The translations under genes and the position numbers were made by a program. A DNA stretch of 61,992 nucleotides, the filler included, from Stramenopiles sp. TOSAG23-3 (lineage: Eukaryota), in the NCBI GenBank assembly GCA_900128585.1. It is 6 parts of 6 records of this genome, joined end to end, with 100 filler letters (N's around TTAATTAATTAA, not from the genome) between each part and the next. Parts side by side here need not be neighbours in the genome. Positions count along the whole stretch, not along the records: positions 1 to 26,596 come from LT642272.1; 5 more parts are not named here. One strand, 5' to 3'. Positions 11,488-22,069 of the stretch are shown in pieces. The notes under the pieces were generated by a model, which had not been told where the DNA came from, did no database searches, and was given only the letters and a program-made list of their open reading frames with translations. Each line of letters begins with the position of its first letter. Position 1 is the stretch's first letter.

Positions 11488-13542
11488 ATGATAGCAATTA
11501 TCCTTGCGGCAGCTACCGAGACCCTTCTGGAGAGGGAAGTGGAGGACTCCCTGGACCCTGAGCTTGCCGCGTTGAAGGGGCTGCCAAAAGCCTTGTTTCC
11601 CGTAGGCGATGGGAACACTAGCATGTTGGAGCACTGGTGCCATACGATAGAGAAAAACAGGGAAATATCGCACATTTTTATCGTTACGTCTGCCGCAAAG
11701 TACAAGTACTTTGAGCGGTTTGCCACGTCGCGAGGGATACCGGTGCAGTGCGTAGTCAACGACGGTGTCACACGGAACTCGGAGCGTTTGGGATCGGCGA
11801 GGGACTTGATGCTGGGGCTGAAGCGGGCGAAGCAGATGCTCGGGTCGTTGCACCAGGACGTCATGGTGCTGGCGGGAGACAGCCTGTTCTACAAAACGTT
11901 CGACGTGAGGGGGGTCACGAACTTTTTCAAGCGAAAGGGCGACGGCAGCTTACTGCTGTACTGCAACCTCGGGGAGGGCGTGTCGGTCGAGGACCGGGGG
12001 GTGGCGGTCGTCGACCCAAAGTCAAAGGAGATCTTGCAGTTCAACGAGAAGCCGGCGAAGCAGGACTGGGAAGACGTGAAGGAGGTCACGTACACAAAGT
12101 ATGGCATTCCCATTCCAGCAGACAGGACCTCGAAATCCTGGGGCGACCTGGCCTGCCCGATGTTCTACATCCTCCGAGGCACCACCGTCCCCATGGTGGA
12201 GCGCTTCGTGGCCGAAAACGCGGTCCATGGGGCCACCGGGCTGGGGTGCGGAAAGTTGATAGAGTATTTGTGCGCCCAGTCCAAGTTTTACGGCATGCGC
12301 CTCCCGAGCGCGTTCTCGATGATAGGCACGAAGGCGGACCTGGGAGACTACCGCGCGCTGGACGAATCCTTCCGAACCTCCGCGTTGAGCCGCAGCACGA
12401 CGTTCGACGACCTGGGGCGCGTCGTGACGAAAGCTCACGCCAGGGTCGGCTTGATGGGCAACCCGTCGGACGGCTATTTCGGAAAGACGCTGGGGTTGAG
12501 CCTGGAGAATTTTTGGGCTACCGTAACGCTGGAGGCGAGCAAAACGCTGCGCCTGGTCCCGAACCCGTTGTACGACCCGTCGGAGTTCGGGTCGCTGGGG
12601 AGCCTGTACGAGATCGGGAAGCGGGAAGGGTACCAGGGCGGAATGCGGCTGTTGATGGCAACGTGCAAAAAGTTCTCCGAATTCTGCACGGAGAACGGGA
12701 TCGCGCTTGCGAACAGGAACTTCAAGGTGTCCTACGACACGAACATTCCGCGCCAGGTCGGGCTCGCGGGCTCGTCCGCCATAGTGACCGCGCTGTTCAA
12801 AGCGCTCATGGCGTTTTACGGCCTCAACGAGACCGACATCCCGCTGGCGATGCAGCCCAGCTTCGTCCTGTCCGTGGAGATGGGGGAGCTGGGGATCAAC
12901 GCCGGCTTGCAGGACCGGGTGGTGCAAGTGTACGAGGGCTTGACGTACATGGACTTTGAAGAATCGTTCATGAAGGAAAACGGGCACGGGAAGTACGAAA
13001 GGCTCCCCAAGACGATGATAGAGAATTTGCCACTGTTTCTAGCGTACGAAAACGACCCGTCCGATTCTGGAAAAATCCACAGCACGGTGCGGCAGAGGTG
13101 GAACGACGGCGAGGTCGCTGTTCGCAAGGCCATGGCAGAGTTTGGAAAAATAACGGACTTGGCCGTGGCAGCGATGAAGGAGAAGGACGCGGGGACGCTC
13201 ATGGAGCTTATGGACAAAAACTTCTCCTGCCGCCGAAATCTGTTCGGGGACGAGTGTCTGGGAAAGACAAACTTGAAGATGATCGACATTGGGAAGAGTT
13301 GCGGGGCCGCCGTGAAGTTCTGTGGAAGCGGTGGGGCCGTCGTGGGACTGTGCAAGCGCGAAAAACTGGGGGAGTTGCGCGACAACTACGAGCAAAACGG
13401 GTTCATATTTACCGAACTGCAAGCCCATTTCCCCGCGCCTATCGTGGAACAGAACCCAGGACTGTCCGTCGCATTCCTCGATGGGATCGAAATGGGCGAG
13501 GACCTGCCTGCGGGGCTTGGTTCACCGGGCAAAACGTGCTGA
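11488..13542 (+). CDS. Bifunctional nucleotidyltransferase-like / glucuronokinase (GHMP kinase)
   Basis: N-terminal NTP_transferase-like region (IILAAA, LPKALFPV, VLAGD, FNEKP); C-terminal plant-type glucuronokinase motifs ARVGLMGNPSDGYFGKT, IPRQVGLAGSSA, AGLQDRVVQVYEG, KFCGSGGAVVG. Confidence 0.9.
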   Translation: MIAIILAAATETLLEREVEDSLDPELAALKGLPKALFPVGDGNTSMLEHWCHTIEKNREISHIFIVTSAAKYKYFERFATSRGIPVQCVVNDGVTRNSERLGSARDLMLGLKRAKQMLGSLHQDVMVLAGDSLFYKTFDVRGVTNFFKRKGDGSLLLYCNLGEGVSVEDRGVAVVDPKSKEILQFNEKPAKQDWEDVKEVTYTKYGIPIPADRTSKSWGDLACPMFYILRGTTVPMVERFVAENAVHGATGLGCGKLIEYLCAQSKFYGMRLPSAFSMIGTKADLGDYRALDESFRTSALSRSTTFDDLGRVVTKAHARVGLMGNPSDGYFGKTLGLSLENFWATVTLEASKTLRLVPNPLYDPSEFGSLGSLYEIGKREGYQGGMRLLMATCKKFSEFCTENGIALANRNFKVSYDTNIPRQVGLAGSSAIVTALFKALMAFYGLNETDIPLAMQPSFVLSVEMGELGINAGLQDRVVQVYEGLTYMDFEESFMKENGHGKYERLPKTMIENLPLFLAYENDPSDSGKIHSTVRQRWNDGEVAVRKAMAEFGKITDLAVAAMKEKDAGTLMELMDKNFSCRRNLFGDECLGKTNLKMIDIGKSCGAAVKFCGSGGAVVGLCKREKLGELRDNYEQNGFIFTELQAHFPAPIVEQNPGLSVAFLDGIEMGEDLPAGLGSPGKTC

Positions 13543-13733
13543 CGAAGAGCGAAGGGGGGGAAGGAAGCGCGTGCGGGGGTGCATCACGGGAGAACAGAGT
13601 GTCACACATGGTATCATAATCTCATCAGTGTTTTCGTTCGTAAAAAAAATTAAAATGTGCGTTATCCTCATGCTTAGCTTAACCCCTCAAGAAAATTGAC
13701 GCACGGCAGTGCACTTTCTTTTCTTCGTACCGT

Positions 13734-14324
13734 TTACACCACCGATGTGGGAAGAAAGAGGCCCGTTCGTTTCGCCTTTTCGCGGTTCGCCTTCTTTCTT
13801 TTCTGTTCTTGTTCTCGTTTGTATTTCATCGTCTTTTGGGCAGGGACAATCGGGCCAGTGGACAGCACTATATTCATTCTTTCGCTGTGGTTCCGTGCAA
13901 TCTGTCTGGTGTCCAGCTGGCAAGAAATCAGCGCATTTATGACATCGTCCCGTACCCACTGTTGAAAGCGTTTCATCGAATCTGTTTTCCCGCGCGGGGT
14001 CGGTGCGTCGGATTGTGCAACCGGTGGCAGAGAACGCATTTCCATACCGTCCCAATCTATTTTGTAACGTACCCTGGGCATTACTTTACTTGGCCGCGGA
14101 GCTTCCTCGATTTGCCTTAGTCGAACTTTTTTCCTGTTTTGGTACATCATTATTACCCTTTGAGTCTGACGAGACCGTTCTCCCAACAGTTTGGATAGCT
14201 CAACCATGGTGCTAAAGATGAATTCGGTTTTCGCATCAACCAAAGCGAAGTGCTTGTCCAGCAATTGAATCGGCGTTGTCGCGAAACAGGGTGTTTTGTT
14301 TTGTTGGCTCATGGAGCATTCCAT
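13734..14324 (-). CDS. Hypothetical protein (196 aa, basic C-terminus)
   Basis: ATG-initiated ORF with coding-like composition, convergent with the glucuronokinase and bordered by an AT-rich spacer; no recognised domain. Confidence 0.55.
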   Translation of the reverse strand: MECSMSQQNKTPCFATTPIQLLDKHFALVDAKTEFIFSTMVELSKLLGERSRQTQRVIMMYQNRKKVRLRQIEEAPRPSKVMPRVRYKIDWDGMEMRSLPPVAQSDAPTPRGKTDSMKRFQQWVRDDVINALISCQLDTRQIARNHSERMNIVLSTGPIVPAQKTMKYKREQEQKRKKANREKAKRTGLFLPTSVV

Positions 14325-15154
14325 CCTTTCAAAATGTTCTAGTTTTACTTACAATAATCCTTCTTGTGTTAACAAAGATTTTCCGTCTTTTTTTTTCTCT
14401 CTATTTCTTTTTTCCTTTTCTTTTGCACGTACATATATATCTATTGCTATACAAAATACGTGTGACTATTTATATGTAATTAATTAGTTGTTTTTTTTTG
14501 TTGACACCCACCACCACGCCCACAGCTTATATTTTAAGAGATAATACAAGTACATAGTACCTATATAACGAGTTTCTCTAATTTTTTTGTAAAAATTGTT
14601 GATTTTTTATATGAACGATTATTTCCATTATATAGGCAATATGTATTTGTAGTATTTCTTAAGATATGAACGAAAGTGACGTTTTACGGGAAACACTTTG
14701 ATATCTTAGTAGTGTAGAGTGATTACAAGTACGTAAATAAGATAGGCAATTCAACTCGAAAAAGTTAAACACAAAGTTGCGCAAGGTAAATAGCATGCAA
14801 AATAACAAAAAAAGGAAGAAAAATGACATTTGAGTTTTTCTTTTTTTTTTTTTTTTTTTCCTCCACCATATTATTGTCGGATTTAAATGAGTTCTACTCT
14901 AATAAAATTAATAATAAAAAAAACAAAAAAATTAAAAAAAACAACCGCATACTACTACCACCACCACCATCCATGACACGAACTTTGAACTTCTTTAATA
15001 CTACTGGAAGAAGAAAGAAAAATATTTTTTTACATAAGTATAAGAACAACAAGATAATTATAATAAAATTATTACACACACTTATTAGAATTTTACGTAG
15101 CCTAGTCTTTTTTTTAACAGTTTTGTAAAAACGTTTTAATTCGGCTTGTACACG

Positions 15155-18100
15155 ATGGTTAGTTGTCTGCTCGTGCTGCTGCTGCTGCTGGCGTTCCAGG
15201 CCCAACGTGGACCGCACGCAGCTGCGGCGGACGCGGTGCACGTGTCGCCGTCGTCGTCGCCCCGGCTGCGCGACCCGGCCATCCTCGGCGATCTTTCCAA
15301 GCGCTCGGCCGTGTACCTGGACGGTGACATGTGGACTGCGCACAGCTGCGGCGGAAACGGAGCACCGGTCACCGTCCCGTCCACTGTGCCCGGCGACCTC
15401 GTGAGCGACTTGGCTCGCGCTGGGGTTATCGGCGACCCGGTCTTCGACGTGAACTGGCGCGACCAGAGCGGTGTGTGGGCACGTGAGGGCGGGTGGAGCT
15501 TCACGCGAGCCTTTGACTACTCAAGATCGGCATCGTCATCCTCGGTCCTGCTTGTGCTCGATGGGGTCAAAATGGCGGCCAACGTCTACCTGAACGGCGT
15601 GCGCGTGTCGAAGGACGGGCTGGCCGACCAGCACCTCCGGTACGAGTTTCCAGTCACCTCGGTGCTGCGCCCGACGGCGAACAACATAACTATCCATATT
15701 CCCCTCCCTTCCAACGACAAGCGCAACGATGAGGGGCGATACGCCGCCTGCAGCGGTGGCTGGGACTGGGCGCTGTACTCAAACACGTTCACCCCCGGCG
15801 GTCTACCTTGGCTGTCCATGGGTGTCTGGAAGAGCGTGTATTTGGTGGAACTCGCCGAGCTATCGCTGAGGGCCATGGTACCCCACGTGTTTTACAACGG
15901 GCCGTACCCTAAGGAGCCGCTAACGGACGCCACGGCAAGCGGGTGGACCGTCAACGTGACGGCGCACGTCGTGGCGGGCCCGAAGGGCGCGCCAGCAGGG
16001 TCCGGTGCGTTTACCGTTGCCATAGCAGGGTTGGATGTTCCCGCCACAACTGTGTCACTGCCGACGGCGCTAGCTCCGAACGCGGAGTCCAAGGTCACGC
16101 TCTCTCTGAACGTGGCCGCCGGGTCGGTGCGCTTGTGGTGGCCGAACGGCGCACACGCCTCGCGCGGGGCAGAACAACCACTGTACACAATATCCCTCTC
16201 GTACCGCGCTAAAAAATTGGGCGTGGGGCTCGCAGACGAGCCAGTTTTTGTCGCGTCGAAGAAGATCGGTTTCCGCACACTTGCCGTCGTCACCGATGAC
16301 GATACCAACCCCGCGCGGCTCGCTACTCTCAGTGGCTCAGGCACACTGACACTGCGTTACATCGTCAACGGGGCCTCGCTGTGGGCGAGGGGGAGCAACG
16401 TGATTCCGTTGGACGAGTTTGCCGGGCGTGCTGATGCGGAAGCGCTGGCCTTGCACCTGAAGAGTGCCGCAGCCGCTGGAATGAACATGCTGTTGATTTG
16501 GGGTGGCGGAATATTCCAATACACTGCTTTTTACGAAGAGGCAGACAAGCTGGGCTTGCTCCTTTACCACGACCTTATGTATTCTGCTCAATTCCAGTCA
16601 ACGCACTTGTGCACTGCAACGGAGATGCAGCGCCGCGAAATTGTTTATAACATCCGGCGCCTTTCCAACCATCCGTCCATTGCTGTGTGGGCTGGTGGTA
16701 ATGAAATCGGCGGCAGCGATGTATTTGCAAAGTTCGCGCTCAATGTGGTGCGGGGAGAAGACCAGTCGCGGCCACTGTGGCCGGCGTCGCCATCAACGGG
16801 CTGGGCGTCGGGAGTCGATCGCTTGTGGGGTCTACCAAAGATCCAAGAGCCACTCCGCGCTAAGTTGAACGTTTCCAAGGCCCTAGGAGAAGATCCAAGG
16901 GTCCAAGATGATACCTTCTACATGGGCTTTGCCGAAGGGTTTATGAACAGCAAGTCCAATTTGCCCGTGCCGAACATCACAGCCTGCGGGGCATTGTGCG
17001 AGAAGACGTCGGGGTGTGTGGTGGCTCGGTACACTCCTGGCGCATGCACTCCGCTTGGTTTTGGGTTTCCGGTCGCCGCGTGGGGAGTTGGCCCTTGGAT
17101 GCAGAGTGTGTGGCCACCGAGCACTCCTGTGCCTGTGCGCGCAGCCCCCAGTGTGTGCAAAGTCGAGACGCACGGTCCTTACACGGGCGGCCGAGGTTGG
17201 CCGGCCATTAATTCTGGCAACACGACGAGCTCGGCTACGTTCGATCCTCTCAAACCTCCGCCCTTGACTCCACTTCACCCCTCGGCCATGGGCACGGCAC
17301 AACCGGGTTTGTTTAAAAGTGAGTTTGGTGTCACAGCGTTCTCCTCCTTCGAGTCGATTTCGGCCACACTGGACCCAAAAGACTGGGGAGTACATTCCAA
17401 ACCAATGTACTGGCGGTCTTATTCACAAGACGACATTGTTGACTCTTATTTTGGGCTCAACAAGGCAGTAAATTTTAGTATTATTGGAGACCCAGCCGTG
17501 TTTGCGCGCCAGCTTCTGCTCTCGCAGCTGGCGGCGGCACTCTTGGTAAAGAGCAGAATCGAAACCTTTCGTTCCGAAAACAATTTTGGTACTCTTACTT
17601 GGCAGCTCGGGGAAATATTTCCCACGGGCGGATGGGGATCGCTTGAGTACGCTCACTCACGGACAGCAACGAAGGGCCAGGTGCGGGGTGGCAGATGGAA
17701 ACCGTTACATTATTGGTTTGAATCGACACTTTTCAAAGATATCTTTGTGGCTTGCGGCAAAATGGGTGAATGCTACGTGCGGAACGACAGCCCCTTTGCT
17801 GCACTGCAAGGCGGCCATGTTATTGCTGAGCTCGTGAGCGTGGTGACTGGGAAGAGGAAAGGCGCACAGATGGTGTGGCCTGTGTCGTTGCCTGCTGGTC
17901 CTGGGGCTGTGTCCTGGTTTTGTGCCGCTGAAGGGGGGAAGATGCCCAATTGCCCCATATGGTCGGATGTGCTATCAGTGGCGGGATGTGCTAAGGATGC
18001 GTCTGATTGCATCCTAAATTTAACAGTCGTCAATTCAAAAGGTCAGGGATTGGTTTCAAACCCGTCTTTGTTGGCGGCACCCGTAGTGATACTGCCCAGG

Positions 18101-18379
18101 CTGCTGCCAGTCTTGCTGACGGCGACAGTGGGTGAACGTCAGGTGCCGACCTCGGGCAATTTGAACCCGTCCATTCGGGTGACTGTCACAGCAACCGCGC
18201 CTGCGTTGTTTGTTACCTTGAGCACCCTCGCACAGGGTCGGTTTTCCCGGAATGCATTTTTCACCGCAGGTGGTATGGAGACAGTGGAATTTTATCCGAT
18301 TGCTACAGAAGGCGACCAGTACAGCAATCTCAAGGCATCGTTGAAGGTACAAAGTGTAAATTATAAAAGTTCCCTTTAA
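15155..18379 (+). CDS. Secreted GH2 beta-mannosidase-like glycosidase
   Basis: Signal peptide MVSCLLVLLLLLAF; TVPG, GWDW, LWWPNG..QPLY, RGSNVIP, MNML.IWGGG, RRLSNHPSIAVWAGGNE (acid/base), SEFG (nucleophile), WQL.EI.P..GWGSLEY, GRWKPLHY. Confidence 0.92.
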   Translation: MVSCLLVLLLLLAFQAQRGPHAAAADAVHVSPSSSPRLRDPAILGDLSKRSAVYLDGDMWTAHSCGGNGAPVTVPSTVPGDLVSDLARAGVIGDPVFDVNWRDQSGVWAREGGWSFTRAFDYSRSASSSSVLLVLDGVKMAANVYLNGVRVSKDGLADQHLRYEFPVTSVLRPTANNITIHIPLPSNDKRNDEGRYAACSGGWDWALYSNTFTPGGLPWLSMGVWKSVYLVELAELSLRAMVPHVFYNGPYPKEPLTDATASGWTVNVTAHVVAGPKGAPAGSGAFTVAIAGLDVPATTVSLPTALAPNAESKVTLSLNVAAGSVRLWWPNGAHASRGAEQPLYTISLSYRAKKLGVGLADEPVFVASKKIGFRTLAVVTDDDTNPARLATLSGSGTLTLRYIVNGASLWARGSNVIPLDEFAGRADAEALALHLKSAAAAGMNMLLIWGGGIFQYTAFYEEADKLGLLLYHDLMYSAQFQSTHLCTATEMQRREIVYNIRRLSNHPSIAVWAGGNEIGGSDVFAKFALNVVRGEDQSRPLWPASPSTGWASGVDRLWGLPKIQEPLRAKLNVSKALGEDPRVQDDTFYMGFAEGFMNSKSNLPVPNITACGALCEKTSGCVVARYTPGACTPLGFGFPVAAWGVGPWMQSVWPPSTPVPVRAAPSVCKVETHGPYTGGRGWPAINSGNTTSSATFDPLKPPPLTPLHPSAMGTAQPGLFKSEFGVTAFSSFESISATLDPKDWGVHSKPMYWRSYSQDDIVDSYFGLNKAVNFSIIGDPAVFARQLLLSQLAAALLVKSRIETFRSENNFGTLTWQLGEIFPTGGWGSLEYAHSRTATKGQVRGGRWKPLHYWFESTLFKDIFVACGKMGECYVRNDSPFAALQGGHVIAELVSVVTGKRKGAQMVWPVSLPAGPGAVSWFCAAEGGKMPNCPIWSDVLSVAGCAKDASDCILNLTVVNSKGQGLVSNPSLLAAPVVILPRLLPVLLTATVGERQVPTSGNLNPSIRVTVTATAPALFVTLSTLAQGRFSRNAFFTAGGMETVEFYPIATEGDQYSNLKASLKVQSVNYKSSL

Positions 18380-18530
18380 AAAACAAAATAACAGCAGCTG
18401 CACATGTATTTGTTTTTTCTTTTAAAAATTATAAAAAATAACAGCCAATTTTCTTGTTTTTAATTATATAATAACAGCCATTTTTCTTGATTTAAAATTA
18501 TTGAAACAACTAACTATTCTTGTACGAGAA

Positions 18531-18932
18531 TTAATTCAGTTTCACCGGAACAGCCGGGTGCTGATCTTCGTAGCTTCTTTTGGTAGCAGAGTTCTCCTTT
18601 GCCTCTCGCGTGTCTTTCATGTATTCCATGATAGCTGTCGCTTTCCCTTCGTCACTTATGTAGTTTTTCAGACACTCCTCGACGCGGTGGAGCGGAAGCG
18701 GTGCCTTCTGGGGGCTGACTCCGAACGCATTTGCAGGTTCGTCCTTATCCATCGAAACAGCCGGCTGCTGATCTTCTGATTCGTGATAGGTTGACGTTTT
18801 TGTCAATTCAACGGAGCGCCCGATTTCACACGTTGCTGATTTTCTGGATTCTTTGCTTTTCCCCACGCGCGTTTTTTTCCAGCGAAGCAAGGAAAGTATT
18901 TTCTCGCAGGCGCAATCGGTAACGTTCGCCAT
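18531..18932 (-). CDS. Hypothetical small protein with duplicated EDQxPAV motif
   Basis: ATG ORF (MANVTD...) with coding-like GC and an internal repeat EDQQPAV/EDQHPAV; no domain recognised. Confidence 0.35.
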   Translation of the reverse strand: MANVTDCACEKILSLLRWKKTRVGKSKESRKSATCEIGRSVELTKTSTYHESEDQQPAVSMDKDEPANAFGVSPQKAPLPLHRVEECLKNYISDEGKATAIMEYMKDTREAKENSATKRSYEDQHPAVPVKLN

Positions 18933-19793
18933 TCCGAGGGCAAGAATGCAGTACGGCAGATGGTTTGTTACGACCTTGATTGGGCCATACGATGCACTTG
19001 CGACACGCTTTCCTTTAATGGCTAATTCTAAGACAATGATGATGCATACATTCCAAGGCAACAAATCTAATCCATATAATGATAATGTGGGCCGTATATG
19101 TATTAATATCTATATGTTATTTTTATGCATTTCTTTGAAATCATCATCATGTTTTTTGTTTGTTGAACTTCTTTTTGTTTTGTTCACTTCATCAGTGGTG
19201 TGTTGTTGTTGTTGTTGTTTTTTTATTAATAAAAAATAAAAAAAAATATATAATAAATAATTATTTTTTCAATAATAATAATACTCCCATCCCTGCTGTT
19301 GTATCCCTCTCGGTGTCAATGACAAATATTTTTTAATAGCTAGATACAATATTATTATATAAAGTACCAGTATTAATTAATGGACGATTATTAAAAAATC
19401 AAAAATAAAATAAAAATAATGTACCTGGTAATACTGGTATTAAAACCTTCGTACCACCGTACTACCATTGGTAACTACTACATAATAAAATACTACGGTA
19501 GGTACCTGGTACCCACCACCAGAGAGACCAGCAGCCAGCAGACCAGCAGATGGAGATATTATTATTATCGATGATGATGATAAAGAAGAAGTTTCAAATA
19601 AACAGTATCACAAAATTATTTACACAAATGAATATATATATATAGGATAGGAAACGAAACGTATAGAGATGATTATGTTCAATTGTTCGGTGTTCTGAAT
19701 ATTGTTTTAGAATTCGTTCTTTCCCACCCCATTTTTTGTTTCCTTTCGTTTTTGTCGACGGTGCCTTTTGATTGACTATATATCAACTTCACC

Positions 19794-20114
19794 ATGGAGA
19801 AGAAAACTAGCAACAAGATCCGTCCGGCGGCGGTGGAGGCGTACAAGCGGAAAGCGTACGACCCCGAAGACCCGGATTTGCCTCCGGATTGGATGGCACT
19901 TTTGTCCCTTCTTTTCGGGATCGCTGGTTTCTTCATGAAGTACAAGTGGTGCTCTTGGATAGCTATTTTGTGCTGCTGCATATCATACACGAACTCAAGG
20001 ACCAACGAGTTTGATTTTAAGCAACAGCTCATGTCGTTTCTCTTTTCCGTGGCTGGGCTGATGATGAACTACTTTGGGCCGAACGCTTACGAGATAAAGA
20101 AGGCCGAGATGTAA
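19794..20114 (+). CDS. WDR83OS: PAT complex subunit Asterix (UPF0139, WDR83OS-like)
   Basis: 106 aa with DWMALLSLLFG..GFFMKYKWCSWIA..C..IS..N and DFKQ.LMSF.FSV..L.MNY. Confidence 0.88.
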   Translation: MEKKTSNKIRPAAVEAYKRKAYDPEDPDLPPDWMALLSLLFGIAGFFMKYKWCSWIAILCCCISYTNSRTNEFDFKQQLMSFLFSVAGLMMNYFGPNAYEIKKAEM

Positions 20115-20232
20115 ATGGAAAAAGGAAACGCCGAGCCGGGGACGTTCGTCATCAATTATACTGTACTAAAATTACATTAACAGGCTACTCTTCCTTTTTT
20201 ATTTACAAACCTGCCGGTCGCCCGGCAATTCT

Positions 20233-21267
20233 TCACTTGCTTCTGTACATCTTGCGGTACGCTGTGCCCAGTTTATCCTCTTCTTTCAGCTCGTCCATTC
20301 CACAAAGCTGCTGAATCACGCGCGCGCATATGGCCAAAAGGAGGACTATGCCGAAAAGAGCGCTGCAGATGTAGAACACGTACAGCCCGCTTGCTTTCGT
20401 AGTGACCGCGCGGCACTTGCCCGGGATCGCCCCCTTGATGTGTACTCTCTCCGCCTTGATGCAATTGTTGCTGTACTCGTTCCGCGTCACAATGCCCGGG
20501 CAATCGATGCGTTTGTCTGGCTTCCCCGTCCCCCCGTCTACCGACCAACAGGTGGTCACGGAGAAAAAGTTCGTGACCCGTCCGTCCGTCTCGGTGCATG
20601 AGAACGCGGCAGCCTTCTCCTTTCCCCGGCTGCCCTCAAAGTTGTACGCCCGCTGCAAATCAGCAAGCCGGATGCGTTTCCCAATGTTCTCCTGCACCAC
20701 CCTAGGGGTGCCCATCACGCTCATCAGGCGAATGCCTTCCCCGAGAAAGACGGTGCTGTTCAGCACGGTGCACGTCCCATGCTTCGCGTACTCGTGGTCC
20801 CCGCAGTTCCACCCATGGCCCAAGTCTTCTTTGTTGAACGGGTAGGCCGGCGCCAAAACGGCCCATTCGGCGTCGTACTTGTTTCGGTCGCTCTGGGGTA
20901 TGGAGCAGTGCTTTGGGAGACCGACCGTCACCAGGTCGCTCTTGCAGTCCTTGAACTTGCCGCACCACTGGGGCCACGAAATGTCGTGGCCGGTCCTGTT
21001 GCTCCTCTTATCATCGTACTCCGGCCAAAGCCCGTGTAAAATCAAACGCTCCCTATAAGGCTTTGTCACTATCGGAGGGCACCAGCCGTGCCACGGTTCT
21101 CTGCAGCACCACTCTGGGGCCCACTGCTGCCTCAACAGGTATATACTGAAGTTCCCTGGAGGCGCACCGGTGGCCCCCTTTTCGTCCGGGATCCAAGACG
21201 GCTCTTCCCCAAAGGTAGACAACAGCTGAAACAAAAAAAGCAACGCAACGGAACGAACTCTCGCCAT
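20233..21267 (-). CDS. Ribonuclease T2 family protein with signal peptide and C-terminal TM helix
   Basis: QW.PEWC, CAS I LHGLWP, CAS II HEYAKHGTC; hydrophobic C-terminal helix LYVFYICSALFGIVLLLAIC. Confidence 0.92.
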   Translation of the reverse strand: MARVRSVALLFLFQLLSTFGEEPSWIPDEKGATGAPPGNFSIYLLRQQWAPEWCCREPWHGWCPPIVTKPYRERLILHGLWPEYDDKRSNRTGHDISWPQWCGKFKDCKSDLVTVGLPKHCSIPQSDRNKYDAEWAVLAPAYPFNKEDLGHGWNCGDHEYAKHGTCTVLNSTVFLGEGIRLMSVMGTPRVVQENIGKRIRLADLQRAYNFEGSRGKEKAAAFSCTETDGRVTNFFSVTTCWSVDGGTGKPDKRIDCPGIVTRNEYSNNCIKAERVHIKGAIPGKCRAVTTKASGLYVFYICSALFGIVLLLAICARVIQQLCGMDELKEEDKLGTAYRKMYRSK

Positions 21268-21470
21268 CCTATCGCTTCGGACCGTGGTAAATATTAATCA
21301 ATAATCCAGAAGAAATACATTATCTCCTGAAGCCTTGACGGAGAGAACGTGCTTATTGATTGAATAGATTTTGTAATTGTGATGAAAAAGTTTCGTCATA
21401 TTCGAATCTTAATTGTTGCGATGTACGGTATATGGAAGAATATAATTATATAATAATAAATAATAAAAAA

Positions 21471-21704
21471 AGAAGAAGAAGACGAAGAAGAAGAAGAAGA
21501 AGAAGAAGAAGAAGAAGAAGAAAGAAGAAGAAGAAGAAAGAAGAAGAAAGAAGAAGAAAGAANAAGAAGAAGAAGAAGAAGAAGAAGAAAGAAGAAGAAA
21601 GAAGAAGAAAGAAGAAGAAAGAAGAAAGAAGAAGAAGAAGAAGAAGAAAGAAGAAGAAAGAAGAAGAAAGAAGAAGAAAGAAGAAGAAAGAAAAAGAAGA
21701 AGAA
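21471..21704. repeat. (GAA)n/(GAAA) microsatellite
   Basis: Purine-only repeat in a divergent spacer. Confidence 0.95.
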
Positions 21705-22069
21705 ATCTTTTGTGAGTAGTCTATGATGTGGAGTATAAAAGGCATCCTCGATCCTCGATCCGATGGATGGAGGCCTCGTCGTAATTTTATCTGGAGTATT
21801 ATATTTTGTATACTAAGTAGGTTATATAAATACGAAAAAATCCTTTTAAAAAAAATGATGATGATGATCGCGGTGCATGCCGCTAAAAAAGTAATAATTT
21901 AAAACATGTACAGTATATATATTATTCATTTTGATCAATTACATTGGAAGCGAATAGAAATCTTGAAATCTAGTTTTTCATTAAGTTTTGTGTGTGCGTT
22001 TTTATGGGTACGGCCAGTTTGCTTTTCTATTGATTTTGTGTTTTTTTTTTAATTTTTTTTTGAGCAAGC

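Noticed and set aside
11748-12987. Long overlapping ORFs inside GC-rich genes (also 53613-54521 and many others)
   Set aside because: Expected stop-poor shadow frames of high-GC3 CDSs; no domain signal
21360-21745. Poly-R/K/E ORFs (also 43803-44309 and 57692-57889)
   Set aside because: Translations of GAA/GAAA microsatellites and N gaps
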